Assembly (NCBI GenBank): GCA_965243025.1
Contig: CBDETY010000003.1
Coordinates: 6,208,001-6,272,000, forward strand
Reading direction: 5' to 3'
Origin: Candidatus Latescibacterota bacterium
Lineage (GTDB): Bacteria; Latescibacterota; UBA2968; UBA8231
Length of the DNA: 64,000 nucleotides
How positions within the stretch are numbered: the stretch's first letter is position 1; each line of letters opens with the position of its first letter. The notes beneath the pieces were generated by a model. The model saw only the letters and a list, made by a program, of their open reading frames with translations. It did not search any database and was not told where the DNA came from. Below, piece by piece: positions 52,246 through 61,726 of this stretch. The position numbers and the translations under genes were made by a program.

Positions 52246-54171
52246 ATGGCTGCCGCGCTGCTGGCGCTCTGCATCGGCGCCCTGACCCCCGGGGCGGGCG
52301 AGGGGTTGACCCTGTTCCGCATCGGCGGCCCGCCTCCCGAGGAACAGGGGATCGACGTCGTCCACCTCTCATGGGAAGAGGCCGCCGCCGGCTACGGCGG
52401 CTCGGTCCGGTCCCTCGACTTCGAGGAAGGGAGGATTGCCCCGGTCCTGCTCGATCCGGACCGCAACATCTCCCTCGACGTCCTGGCCCTGGGGGGCGCC
52501 CCCTTCGGCGCCAAGCACGTGAGGACGGAAAACGAGTTCCACCTGAGAGTAGTGGACGGAGATCCGACCACGGCGTTCGAGGAAGCCGATGTCAGGGAAC
52601 TGATCGAACACCCGTTCATCGGGATCGACCTGGGGGGCCTCCTGCCGGTCAAGCGGGTGGTGTTCTATCCCACCCCCGACGGCCAGGACCGGTTCGTGGA
52701 AGACTTCAAGATCTACCTCTTCGGCGGCGACCCCTCCCTTCTTTTCAGTCCGCTGGGCAACGTGCGGAACTACGACCTGGTGGCGAGTGTCGAGGACAAC
52801 CGAAGCCCCCGGGTGGAGGTCGCGATTCCGACCCGGCTGGCGCACACGGTAATGGTCGTCATCGGAAACCCCCACAGCCGGGAAAGAACCATCAGGCCCT
52901 GGGAGGTCGCCGAGCTCGAGATCTACGGAGAGGGGTACGCCCCGGCCGCCACGTACACCTCCCGCATCCTCGATCTGGGGGGTGTGTCGATCCTCGGCGA
53001 GGTCCGCTGGCGGGAGAGGAAGGACCCCGGCGCCAGTGTGGAGATCAGGAGCCGCAGCGGCGCCGACGAGGACCCGGTCCGCTACTGGCGCCTTACCGGC
53101 CGCGGGGAGGAGCGCAGCTACCGCGACGGAAGGGGGCGGCCCCTGACCCGGGAGGAGTACGAGGGGATAGTGTTGACCGAGCAGGCGGGCACGAGCCACG
53201 ACGCCGACAACTGGAGCTTCTGGTCGGCTCCGTACGCCGGGGAAGAGACCGCGGATTTCGCTTCTCCGGGGCCGAATCGATACCTGCAGTTCCAGGTCGG
53301 GTTCGAGAACTCCGGTTTTTCCGGAGGGGAGATGGCGCACCTGGAGTTCGAGATGACCTCGCCGCCGGTGGCGCGGCAGGTCGTCGGCGAGGTGTCGCCG
53401 CCGCTGGCGACCGCGGGAAGGGAGACCGCCTTCGTGTATGCCTTCAGGCCGGCCTTCACCGCGGACCCGGAGGGGGCCGAGTCCGGTTTCGACCGCTTCG
53501 GTCTCAGAACCCCCGGTGAGCTGACCGGGGTGGACTCGGTCCGCGTGAACGGCGACCTCGTTCCCTGCGAAGCCTGGATCGACGGGAGCTCCGATCCCGT
53601 GGCGTGCGCGGACGCTGCGGTCCCCATCCCCGGGGCCCGGGTGGCGCTGCGGCTGCCCCGCATGGAGACCGTCGACAGCGGCAAGGTGGTCGAGGTCTTC
53701 TTCCGGGCGCGGGTGTTCCGCTTCGGGACGGTGTTCGACGGGGTGGTGTCGGACAGCGGACGCCCGGGAGAGGTGGGGCAGGCGGTGACCGCAGGGGACG
53801 CGACCTTCGCCCTCGACAGCAACCGCCTGTCGGTGGGCATGGAGCTGTCCGGCTCGCTGCTGCAGCAGGTCGGCGCGAGCAGTCCGGTGGTGACGCCGAA
53901 CGGAGACGGGGTCAACGACGAGGTCTCCTTTCAGTACACGCTGCTGCAGCTGGCCGGCGCCCAGGTGGTGACCGTGGACCTGTACGATCTCGGCGGCCGT
54001 CTGGTGCGGCGGGTGTACGAGGGGTTGGAGGCGAGCGGCCGCCGGGAACGGCCCTGGGACGGCCGCGGGGACCGCGGACTGCTGCCGCCCGGGGTCTACC
54101 TGTACCGGGTGCAGGTAGACGCGGACTCGCGCCGGGCCGAGGCCGGCGGCGTGATCAACGTCGCCTATTGA
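52246..54171 (+). CDS. Secreted protein with discoidin-like region and C-terminal FlgD-Ig/T9SS-CTD-like domain
   Basis: Signal peptide; VDGDPTT..IDLG; VTPNGDGVND; YDLGGRLVR..WDGRGDRG..PPGVYLYRV. Confidence 0.75.
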   Translation: MAAALLALCIGALTPGAGEGLTLFRIGGPPPEEQGIDVVHLSWEEAAAGYGGSVRSLDFEEGRIAPVLLDPDRNISLDVLALGGAPFGAKHVRTENEFHLRVVDGDPTTAFEEADVRELIEHPFIGIDLGGLLPVKRVVFYPTPDGQDRFVEDFKIYLFGGDPSLLFSPLGNVRNYDLVASVEDNRSPRVEVAIPTRLAHTVMVVIGNPHSRERTIRPWEVAELEIYGEGYAPAATYTSRILDLGGVSILGEVRWRERKDPGASVEIRSRSGADEDPVRYWRLTGRGEERSYRDGRGRPLTREEYEGIVLTEQAGTSHDADNWSFWSAPYAGEETADFASPGPNRYLQFQVGFENSGFSGGEMAHLEFEMTSPPVARQVVGEVSPPLATAGRETAFVYAFRPAFTADPEGAESGFDRFGLRTPGELTGVDSVRVNGDLVPCEAWIDGSSDPVACADAAVPIPGARVALRLPRMETVDSGKVVEVFFRARVFRFGTVFDGVVSDSGRPGEVGQAVTAGDATFALDSNRLSVGMELSGSLLQQVGASSPVVTPNGDGVNDEVSFQYTLLQLAGAQVVTVDLYDLGGRLVRRVYEGLEASGRRERPWDGRGDRGLLPPGVYLYRVQVDADSRRAEAGGVINVAY

Positions 54172-54195
54172 GGAGGCTCCCGAACCGGATATATT
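54168..54195 (+). promoter_or_regulatory. Putative promoter of the SDR gene
   Basis: TTGAGG-N16-TATATT. Confidence 0.5.
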
Positions 54196-54294
54196 GGGCG
54201 GCCCGAAGTAACGGCATCTACCACCGACGGGAGGGCGGGCCTTGCGAGACGCCGCCTGAAGCACCCGGCGTACCGAAACGGACAGGAGATACAG

Positions 54295-55083
54295 ATGGAA
54301 TTCGATGGCAAAGTCGTAATCGTGACCGGCGGCGCCCAGGGGATCGGGCGCGGCATCTGCGAGGCCTTCGCCCGGGCCGGGGCCAACGTGCTGTGCGGCG
54401 ACCTCAACGAGCGGACGGGAGAGGCCCTGGCCGGCGACGGGGAGAGCGCCGGCCGCGGCGAGATCCGCTTTCACAAGGCCGACGTGTCGCGGAACTCCGG
54501 CTGCGAGGCCCTCGTGGGCCGCGCCCTGGCGGACTGGGGCGGGGTCGACGTGCTCTGCAACAACGTCGGCATCCAGCCGCCGGACAGCTACGTCCCCGCC
54601 CACGAGTTGAGCGAGGATCAGTGGGACCGCATCATCGACATCAACCTCAAGAGCTTCTTCCTGATGACGCGGCTCTGCGTTCCCGAGATGAAGAAGCGCG
54701 GCGGCGGCGCCATCATTAACACCGCCAGCGTCCAGGGGCTGCAGTCGATGAAGGGGGTGGCGCCCTACGCCGCCAGCAAGGGGGGGATCCTGTCGCTGAC
54801 GCGGCAGCTCGCCCTCGAGTACGCCGAGGACAACATCCGCGTGCTGGCGATAAATCCCGGTACCATCGAGACGCCGCTGGTAACCGACGCCGCCGACGGC
54901 ATGGGCAAGCCGCTGGAGGAGATGAAGGCGATCTGGGGCGCCGTCCACCCGATGAACCGCATCGGTCAGCCGGGCGAGATCGGCAGCGTCGCGGTGTTTC
55001 TCGCCAGCGACGGGGCCTCCTTCATGACCGGCGAGTACGTCTGCGTCGACGGCGGCATGATGGCCAAGGGGGCCTGGGCCTGA
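54295..55083 (+). CDS. Short-chain dehydrogenase/reductase
   Basis: TGGAQGIG, NNVG, YAASK, VDGG. Confidence 0.92.
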   Translation: MEFDGKVVIVTGGAQGIGRGICEAFARAGANVLCGDLNERTGEALAGDGESAGRGEIRFHKADVSRNSGCEALVGRALADWGGVDVLCNNVGIQPPDSYVPAHELSEDQWDRIIDINLKSFFLMTRLCVPEMKKRGGGAIINTASVQGLQSMKGVAPYAASKGGILSLTRQLALEYAEDNIRVLAINPGTIETPLVTDAADGMGKPLEEMKAIWGAVHPMNRIGQPGEIGSVAVFLASDGASFMTGEYVCVDGGMMAKGAWA

Positions 55084-55092
55084 GCGCCGCCC

Positions 55093-57576
55093 TCATTCCG
55101 CGAGCAGTCCCTCCCGCAGGTACCACGAGGTAGTGCGCTCGGCTCCGAGCAGCAGGGGCTGTCCGCTGCGCTGGAGGCGGAACAGCAGCTGCTTCCCGAA
55201 ACCCCGGTAGGCGCTGACCGGCAGCTCCTGGCCGATCAGCCTCGGGGCGAGCCGGTCCCAGTCGATCAGCCCGAGCCGGGGGAGCTCTTCGATGACCACG
55301 GGCCGGTCCGGCCTCAGCCCCGCGCGTTCCCTGGCGAGCCGCAGGGCGGTCATGAGTCCCCCGAGTTCGTCCACGAGCCCCGCCTCCACAGCCTGCGATC
55401 CGGACCAGATGCGCCCCCCGGCGACCGCCTCGATCGCTGCGGCCGGCTGCCCGCGGGCGGCGGCCACCTCCCCGACGAAGCGGTCGTAGGTGGAGCCGAT
55501 CGCCGCGGAGACGATGGCGCGCTCCTCCTCCCGGAGATTGCGGTCCGGCAGCGTTCCGAGGAGAGGAAGCTCCATGCCGAACGGCAGGTCGGCGCGCGCC
55601 CCCGCCTGCACGCGATCGGTCGACAGGCCGAGCTTTTCCTTGAGTCCGCGGTTGTAGAACCAGCCGAAAATCACGCCGATCGATCCGGTCAGGGTCACCG
55701 GTGCGGCGACGATGCTGTCGGCGTACATCGAGATCCAGTATCCCCCCGAGGCGGCGACCGCCCCCTGCGAGACGATCACCGGTTTCTCCTCCTTCAGGCG
55801 GCGTACCGCGTCGCCGACAAGGTCGGAGGCCAGCACCTCCCCTCCGGGCGAGTCGACGCGCAGGACCACCGCCTTGACGCGGCCGTCCTCGCGCACGCGC
55901 TCGATATCGGCGACCAGCCGGCGGGCGCCGATGCCGGAATCCATGGCGCAGACACCGAGTGCGTAAAGCACCGCCAGGCGCGGGGGCTCTCCCCAGGTGC
56001 GGTCAGGCTCCGGCGCCAGCGAGCCCGGCCCGGCCTCGGCGACGGTCCGGCCCTCGAGGGACTCGATGGCGGCATCGACGGCATCCCAGCGCGCCAGGGT
56101 GTCGACGAGTCCGTGGGCCCGGGCGTCCTCGGGCAGGAACAGGGTGACCTCGTCGACGAGACGGTCGACCTCCCCCTCCTCGAGGCCGCGAGCCGCGGCG
56201 ATGTCGGCGCGCGCCCGCGAGTACACGTCGTCGAGAAAGGCCTGCCACTGCTCCCTGTCGGCCTCCGACATCGAGTCGCGGACCAGCGGCTCCATGGCGG
56301 ACTTGTACTCCCGGTAGCGCAGCTCCTCGACGCCGACGCCGATGCGGTCGAGGGCGCCCTTGAGGTAAGTGCCGCCGGCGACGAAACCCTCGAGCATGAG
56401 CAGGCCCGAGGGGTCGAGGAGTATGCGGTCGGCGACCGAGGCGAGGTGATAGAGCCGCAGGCCGGCGTTGTCGATGTAGATCACCACCCGTTTGCCGTCG
56501 TCGCGCAGGGCCTGAAGCTGCTGCCGCAGCTCCCAGCTGTTCTCGTAGCCGATGCGAATCCCCGAGAGGTTGAGGGCGACGCCCCCGATCCCGGGATCGG
56601 TGCGGGCGCGCTCGATCAGGGAAAGCAGGGAGATCAGGGTGCGCGAGCCGTCGAACAGGGCGTGGCGGCGGTACCTCACCGGACCGTTGAGCTTCATGTG
56701 CAGGTAGCGCGGGCGCCCCCGTTTCAACGGGGACAAGCCGTCGCCCTGGAAACCGGCGAGGCTGACCGAGTACAGGCCGCGCGGGCTCTCGCCGCCGTCG
56801 CCGTCCAGATCGACCAGGCTTCCGGTCTGCACGGCGCTGTCCCCTAGCCCGAACCGCAGACCGACGGCCGCGAAGCGGTCGTTGCGGTAGCGGGCGCTGA
56901 GCGCGAGGCCGTGCCACAGCTCGAAGGCGGCGCCGGCGCTCCAGAAGCGGTCGCCCCCGGCCCTGTCGTTGGCTGCCGCCGCGTCGGCGAAAAGGGTGAG
57001 GCGTGGCGACCCCAGGGGCCGTACCCCGACGTCCACCGCAGCTTCCCGGGCCCGGGCCCGCAGGTCGGAGGTCCAGGTGAGGCCGAGAGAAAGGCGGGGG
57101 GAAGGCCGCAGCAGCGAGCCGAGGGAGAACAGGCTCTCAGGCCGCAGGGTGCGCGGGCCTCTTCCCCAGCCGAAACCGGCGCCGAAGCTGGCGGCGCGAT
57201 CACCTCCGGAGATGGCGAGCCGGTACTCGTCCACCTCCCACTTGCCGCGGTCGTTCAGCGACTGCCGCAGGAGGCCGAAACCGATCCGCGGGAGGGCGGT
57301 GAACGTCCCCCATTCATTGCCGCCCCCGGGGCCGCGGTCCGACCAGGCGAAGGTCGACTCCAGGCCGCGGACGTGGGTGAGAACCGCGGGGTTTACGAAG
57401 CCGTAGAGACCGCCGTTCGCCCCGGGGACCGCGGGCATGAACTCGCTGCGCCCGGCGTAGGGCGCGAAGGGTTGGACAGGGTCGGAACTGCCGGCCCCCC
57501 CGGACGAAGCCGCGGCCAGCAGGACCGCGATCACGGCTTTCGAAAGGCGGCCGGGACTGCGGCCGGGCGGAATCAT
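55093..57576 (-). CDS. sppA: Signal peptide peptidase SppA (two S49 domains) with an N-terminal beta-barrel-like region
   Basis: LRVDSPGG, AASGGYWIS, TGSIGV, GGRIWSG..GLVD; first domain YKSA..GLVD; N-terminal FVNPAVL and amphipathic strands; start uncertain. Confidence 0.8.
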   Translation of the reverse strand: MIPPGRSPGRLSKAVIAVLLAAASSGGAGSSDPVQPFAPYAGRSEFMPAVPGANGGLYGFVNPAVLTHVRGLESTFAWSDRGPGGGNEWGTFTALPRIGFGLLRQSLNDRGKWEVDEYRLAISGGDRAASFGAGFGWGRGPRTLRPESLFSLGSLLRPSPRLSLGLTWTSDLRARAREAAVDVGVRPLGSPRLTLFADAAAANDRAGGDRFWSAGAAFELWHGLALSARYRNDRFAAVGLRFGLGDSAVQTGSLVDLDGDGGESPRGLYSVSLAGFQGDGLSPLKRGRPRYLHMKLNGPVRYRRHALFDGSRTLISLLSLIERARTDPGIGGVALNLSGIRIGYENSWELRQQLQALRDDGKRVVIYIDNAGLRLYHLASVADRILLDPSGLLMLEGFVAGGTYLKGALDRIGVGVEELRYREYKSAMEPLVRDSMSEADREQWQAFLDDVYSRARADIAAARGLEEGEVDRLVDEVTLFLPEDARAHGLVDTLARWDAVDAAIESLEGRTVAEAGPGSLAPEPDRTWGEPPRLAVLYALGVCAMDSGIGARRLVADIERVREDGRVKAVVLRVDSPGGEVLASDLVGDAVRRLKEEKPVIVSQGAVAASGGYWISMYADSIVAAPVTLTGSIGVIFGWFYNRGLKEKLGLSTDRVQAGARADLPFGMELPLLGTLPDRNLREEERAIVSAAIGSTYDRFVGEVAAARGQPAAAIEAVAGGRIWSGSQAVEAGLVDELGGLMTALRLARERAGLRPDRPVVIEELPRLGLIDWDRLAPRLIGQELPVSAYRGFGKQLLFRLQRSGQPLLLGAERTTSWYLREGLLAE

Positions 57577-57692
57577 CGCGCCGGCAATGACTGACGGGAG
57601 CGCGGCAAGGAGCGCACGAACAGCATGCGTTCGCCAAAGCCCCGGGCTGGCGGGGACCTGGGGTGGCTGCCTCGGGGCAGGAAGGCAGGGGA

Positions 57693-58322
57693 TTACGAAC
57701 TCTCCTGTTCCCTGAAGAACTCGACGTCCCCCCGGCCTTCCCGCAGCACCTCGATCCGGTCTCCCAGGAGGGAGACGACGGTGCTCGGCTGCACCGGCAG
57801 CACCCCGCACTCGAGGATCAGGTCGACCCGGGAACCGAACTCCCTTTCGAGCTCCAGCGGATCGGTGAGCACCTCCTGCTCGCTGCGGTTGGCGCTGGTG
57901 CTGAGAATCGGGCTGCCGAGCTCTCCGACCAGGCCCCGGGTCAGCGGGTGATCGGGGATGCGGATGCCGACCGTCTTCTGCCTGCTGCGCAGCAGCCGCG
58001 GCGTCTCCCGGGTCGCCGGCAGCACGAAGGTGTAAGGTCCCGGCAGGAAGCGCTTGAGGATGCGGTGCGAGAAGTTGGTGACGCGGGCGTAGCGGCTGAT
58101 CGCGGTCAGGTCGGGGCAGATGAAGGACATCGGTTTCTTCGCGTCCCGTCCCTTGAGCTGGCGGATGCGCTCGATGGCCCCCTTTACCTCGATGTCGCAC
58201 CCGAACCCGTAGATCGTGTCGGTCGGGTAGATGACGACGCCTCCCCCGCGCAGCACTTCCGCGGCGCGGCGCAGCCAGCGCCCTTTCAGGTGATCGGGGT
58301 CTATGTGCAGGACATCCGCCAT
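57693..58322 (-). CDS. tsaC: L-threonylcarbamoyladenylate synthase (Sua5/YrdC/YciO family)
   Basis: YPTDTIYG, KGR, PGPYT, GIRIP, STSAN, PSTVV. Confidence 0.85.
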   Translation of the reverse strand: MADVLHIDPDHLKGRWLRRAAEVLRGGGVVIYPTDTIYGFGCDIEVKGAIERIRQLKGRDAKKPMSFICPDLTAISRYARVTNFSHRILKRFLPGPYTFVLPATRETPRLLRSRQKTVGIRIPDHPLTRGLVGELGSPILSTSANRSEQEVLTDPLELEREFGSRVDLILECGVLPVQPSTVVSLLGDRIEVLREGRGDVEFFREQESS

Positions 58323-58421
58323 GGCCGGAAATAAAGCCCCGGCCGGCGCCCCTCATCAAGAATGGAGGCCGCGGTTCCGGTTGAGGGCGGCGAGCCCGGC
58401 CGGTTATCTTTCCCCGTTCCC

Positions 58422-60320
58422 ATGGCACACACGGTAATTGGAACCGCCGGTCACATCGACCACGGCAAGACCCTGCTGGTCAAGGCCCTCACCGGCACCG
58501 ACACCGACCGCGCTCCCGAGGAGAAGGCGCGCGGCATCACCATCGAGCTCGGTTTCGCCTTCCTCGGCGAGGAGGCGACGATCGTCGACGTCCCGGGGCA
58601 CGAGCGCTTCGTCAAGACGATGGTCGCCGGGGTCAGCGCCATCGACGTCGCCCTGATGGTGATCGCCGCCGACGACGGCGTCATGCCGCAGTCGCGGGAG
58701 CACCTCGACGTGCTCGAGCTGCTCGGCGTGGAGCGGGGGATCGTCGTCGTCAACAAGGTCGACCTCGTCGACGAGGACTGGCTGCAGCTGGTGGAAGAGG
58801 AGATCGCCGAGCTGGTCGCCGGAACCTTCCTCGAAGGGGCCGAGGTCGTCAGGGTCTCCGCCCTTACCGGCGCCGGAGTCGGGGAGCTGCGGCAGTCCCT
58901 CGAGAAGCTGACCGCCGCCACCGGGGAGAGGCGGGCGGAGGGACCGTTCCGGCTGCCGGTCGACCGCGCCTTCGTCGTCAAGGGGTTCGGCATGGTCTGC
59001 ACCGGCACCGTGCTCTCGGGCGACCTGCAAGGGAGCGGATCTGTCGAAGCCCAGCCCGAAGGCAGGCGGCTGCGCGTCCGCGGACTGCAGAAGCACGGCC
59101 GCTCGGTCCCCTCGGTCGCCGCCGGGGACCGGGCCGCGGTAAATCTGCCGGGGATCGAGCAGGATGAGATCCGCCGCGGCGACGTGCTGTGCGAGGAGGG
59201 GGTGTTCGCGCCGACCTTCATGGTCGACGCGCGCCTGCGCCTGCTCGCCTCCTGCCCGAAGGAGCTGGTCCAGCGCGCCCGCGTGCGCCTGCACCTCGGC
59301 ACCGCGGAGGTGCTGGGCCGCGTCGTCCTCCTCGACCGGGAGATCCTGCTGCCGGGGGAACAGGCGCCGGTGCAGCTGCGCCTGGAGTCCCCGGTCCTCG
59401 CCGCCTGGGGAGACCGCTTCGTGATCCGGCGCTACTCCCCGGCGCTGACCATCGGCGGGGGCCGCGTCCTCAACCCGCACCCGGAGAAGCACAGCGGCTC
59501 CGGAGACGGCGTCGCCGCCGCGCTCGAGGGGCTCGACGTCGACGAGCCGGCCGCCGCGGTCGCCCCCCTCGTCCGGCTCAGCCGCGACGCCCTGGCGCGC
59601 GAAGGCAGACTCGCCGGGGATCTCGGCATCGCCGGCGACCGCCTCTCGGCCCGGCTGGCGGCGATGGAAGAGGCCGGAGACCTCGTGCGCACCGCGGTCG
59701 ACAACGAACCCTGCGTCGTCCCGGGGGAGGTCTGGAGGGGGACCGCCGAAGAGATGCGGGCCCGGCTCGCCGCCTTCCACGAGGCCGACCCGCTGCGCCC
59801 CGGGATGAACCGCGAGGAGCTGCGCAAGGCCTGCGCCGGCGGGCTGGCGGCGGAGCTGTTCGAGCGCATCCTCGAGCGCGAGGAGCGGGAGGGCCGCGTC
59901 GCCGTCTCCGGAATCACCGTGCGTCTCGCCGGCCACCAGATCTCCTTTACCGGGGAGGAGACCAGGCTGCGCGGCCGCATCGAGGCGGAGCTGAGCAAGG
60001 CAAAGCTGGAAGAGATACCCGACGCCGGGGGGCTGGCGCCGCGGCTGGGGGCCGACCCGGGGCAGGTGGAGAGTATTCTGCGCGCCATGCAGAGCCTCGG
60101 GGTCGCCGTCCATCTCGAGGGCTCCCTTGTGCTGCACGAAGACCGCCTGCGGGACGTCAGGGAGGAGCTGCGCGCATATCTCGAGAGCCGCGAAGAGATC
60201 ACCGTCTCGCAGTTCCGCGAGCTGATCGGCAGCAACCGCCGCTGGGCCCTGGCGCTCCTCAACCACTTCGACGGCGAGGGCTTCACCATCCGCCGCGGGG
60301 ACGTGAGGGCGCTGCGGTGA
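58422..60320 (+). CDS. selB: Selenocysteine-specific elongation factor
   Basis: [33 protein letters not shown]-terminal winged helices ending RRGDVR. Confidence 0.95.
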   Translation: MAHTVIGTAGHIDHGKTLLVKALTGTDTDRAPEEKARGITIELGFAFLGEEATIVDVPGHERFVKTMVAGVSAIDVALMVIAADDGVMPQSREHLDVLELLGVERGIVVVNKVDLVDEDWLQLVEEEIAELVAGTFLEGAEVVRVSALTGAGVGELRQSLEKLTAATGERRAEGPFRLPVDRAFVVKGFGMVCTGTVLSGDLQGSGSVEAQPEGRRLRVRGLQKHGRSVPSVAAGDRAAVNLPGIEQDEIRRGDVLCEEGVFAPTFMVDARLRLLASCPKELVQRARVRLHLGTAEVLGRVVLLDREILLPGEQAPVQLRLESPVLAAWGDRFVIRRYSPALTIGGGRVLNPHPEKHSGSGDGVAAALEGLDVDEPAAAVAPLVRLSRDALAREGRLAGDLGIAGDRLSARLAAMEEAGDLVRTAVDNEPCVVPGEVWRGTAEEMRARLAAFHEADPLRPGMNREELRKACAGGLAAELFERILEREEREGRVAVSGITVRLAGHQISFTGEETRLRGRIEAELSKAKLEEIPDAGGLAPRLGADPGQVESILRAMQSLGVAVHLEGSLVLHEDRLRDVREELRAYLESREEITVSQFRELIGSNRRWALALLNHFDGEGFTIRRGDVRALR

Positions 60321-61294
60321 AGCCGCCCCTGCGCCTCGGCGTCGTCGGCTCCGGGGGGATGGCCGCCCGCCGCCTGCGCGCCTTCGCCGGGCTCGAGGGG
60401 TGCCGCGTCACCGCCCTGGCGGCGCGGAATGCCGCGACGGGGGAACCGCTGGCGCGGCAGTACGGCGTCTCCCTGTCGGGGGACTGGCGGGAGCTGGTGG
60501 CCGGCGGCGAGGTCGACGCCGTCGTCGTCTGCACCAGCAACGACAGCCACGGCACCATCGCCCTGGCAGCGCTCGAGGCGGACAAGCCGGTCTTCACCGA
60601 GTACCCGCTGGCGCGCAGCCTCGAGGAGGCGGAGAGCGTGGTCCGCGCGGCGCGGGAGAAGGACCTCGTCGTCCGCGTCGCCCACGACGAGGCGGCATGC
60701 GGCGAGCAGGAGTGGCTGCGCCGGCAGGTGGCCGCCCTCGGTCCGCTGCAGCTCGCCGAGTTCGCGCGCGCGACCCCGGGCCGCGGGGCGCGCCCGGAAG
60801 TGCTGTTCAACCTGAAGGTATCCGGGCCTCCGATGCTCTTCTTCATCTACCACGTGTACCCGCTCGTCGACCTCTTCGGCCCCGCTGCCTGGGTCCAGGC
60901 GCACGCGGAGTACGCCGGCCTCGACCGGGACTCGGGCCGCTACCGGTCCTTCGTCAACACCCTGACGGCGGGGTTCGAGTCCGGAGGGGCCGCGGTCTGG
61001 ACCTGGGCGGGAGGGGTCGAGGCGGCGCAGGCGGAGCAGAGGCGGCGGCTCATTCTCGCCGCCGGCAGCCTCGCCGCGGCGGATGAAGGGTGGACACTGT
61101 CGTCCCGGGCCGGGTCGAGGACGGTGCAACCGCCGGAGGTCGAGAAACCCTCTCTCGAAAGCCGGTTCGCCGCCGAGGCCGCAGGCGAGCCGTCGGTCTG
61201 GAAGGCCGACCTCCAACTGGCCCTGGAGGCGGTGCGGATCAGCCTGCAGGGAGAGGTATCGGCGAGGGAAGGCCGCCGGGTGGTCCTTTCCTGA
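60317..61294 (+). CDS. Gfo/Idh/MocA family oxidoreductase
   Basis: GVVGSGGMA, VDAVVVCTSNDSH, VFTEYPLA; GTGA overlap with selB. Confidence 0.8.
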   Translation: MKPPLRLGVVGSGGMAARRLRAFAGLEGCRVTALAARNAATGEPLARQYGVSLSGDWRELVAGGEVDAVVVCTSNDSHGTIALAALEADKPVFTEYPLARSLEEAESVVRAAREKDLVVRVAHDEAACGEQEWLRRQVAALGPLQLAEFARATPGRGARPEVLFNLKVSGPPMLFFIYHVYPLVDLFGPAAWVQAHAEYAGLDRDSGRYRSFVNTLTAGFESGGAAVWTWAGGVEAAQAEQRRRLILAAGSLAAADEGWTLSSRAGSRTVQPPEVEKPSLESRFAAEAAGEPSVWKADLQLALEAVRISLQGEVSAREGRRVVLS

Positions 61295-61480
61295 CCCGGG
61301 CGGCCCCGCGCTGTTTTTCCCGAAGGGGGCGAATCAGCCCCGATTCCGCGCCGAAACAGCAGTCCGCGGCGGAAAAAGTGCAAATGTTGCATTGATTTCC
61401 CCACCCTCGACTGACTCCGCTGTCGCTGCGGTCAGTACAATTCCTTCGTTTTCAACAGGTTACATCCTGGATCGAAATTC

Positions 61481-61496
61481 TGGCACCGCATTTGCA
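61481..61496 (+). promoter_or_regulatory. sigma54 (-24/-12) promoter
   Basis: TGGCAC-cgcat-TTGCA; IHF-like TTTCAACAGGTTA at 61450-61462; palindrome TGCAA-atg-TTGCA at 61379-61391. Confidence 0.7.
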
Positions 61497-61726
61497 TGGC
61501 TGTATGGCGTCGGTGCAGAACGATCGCTGTTCCTCCCCGTTTCCCGGGCCGGCTGGTCCGGTCCTGCGGAGCGCCGGGAAGGACGATCCGCCCAAAAGCG
61601 CAAATTCTGCATTCCCGGCCATTGAAAAACCGGCTGTAAGATTTTTAAAAACAGGTTGTTAGGGAAACCTGGAAGCGAACGGCCAGGAGTTCCCTGCAAG
61701 AATTGCGCAGCAATTGAGAGGATGCC

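Noticed and set aside
55093-58428. 1111-aa TsaC-SppA fusion
   Set aside because: tsaC is in a different frame with its own stop at 57693; the upstream extension of the SppA frame is a shadow.
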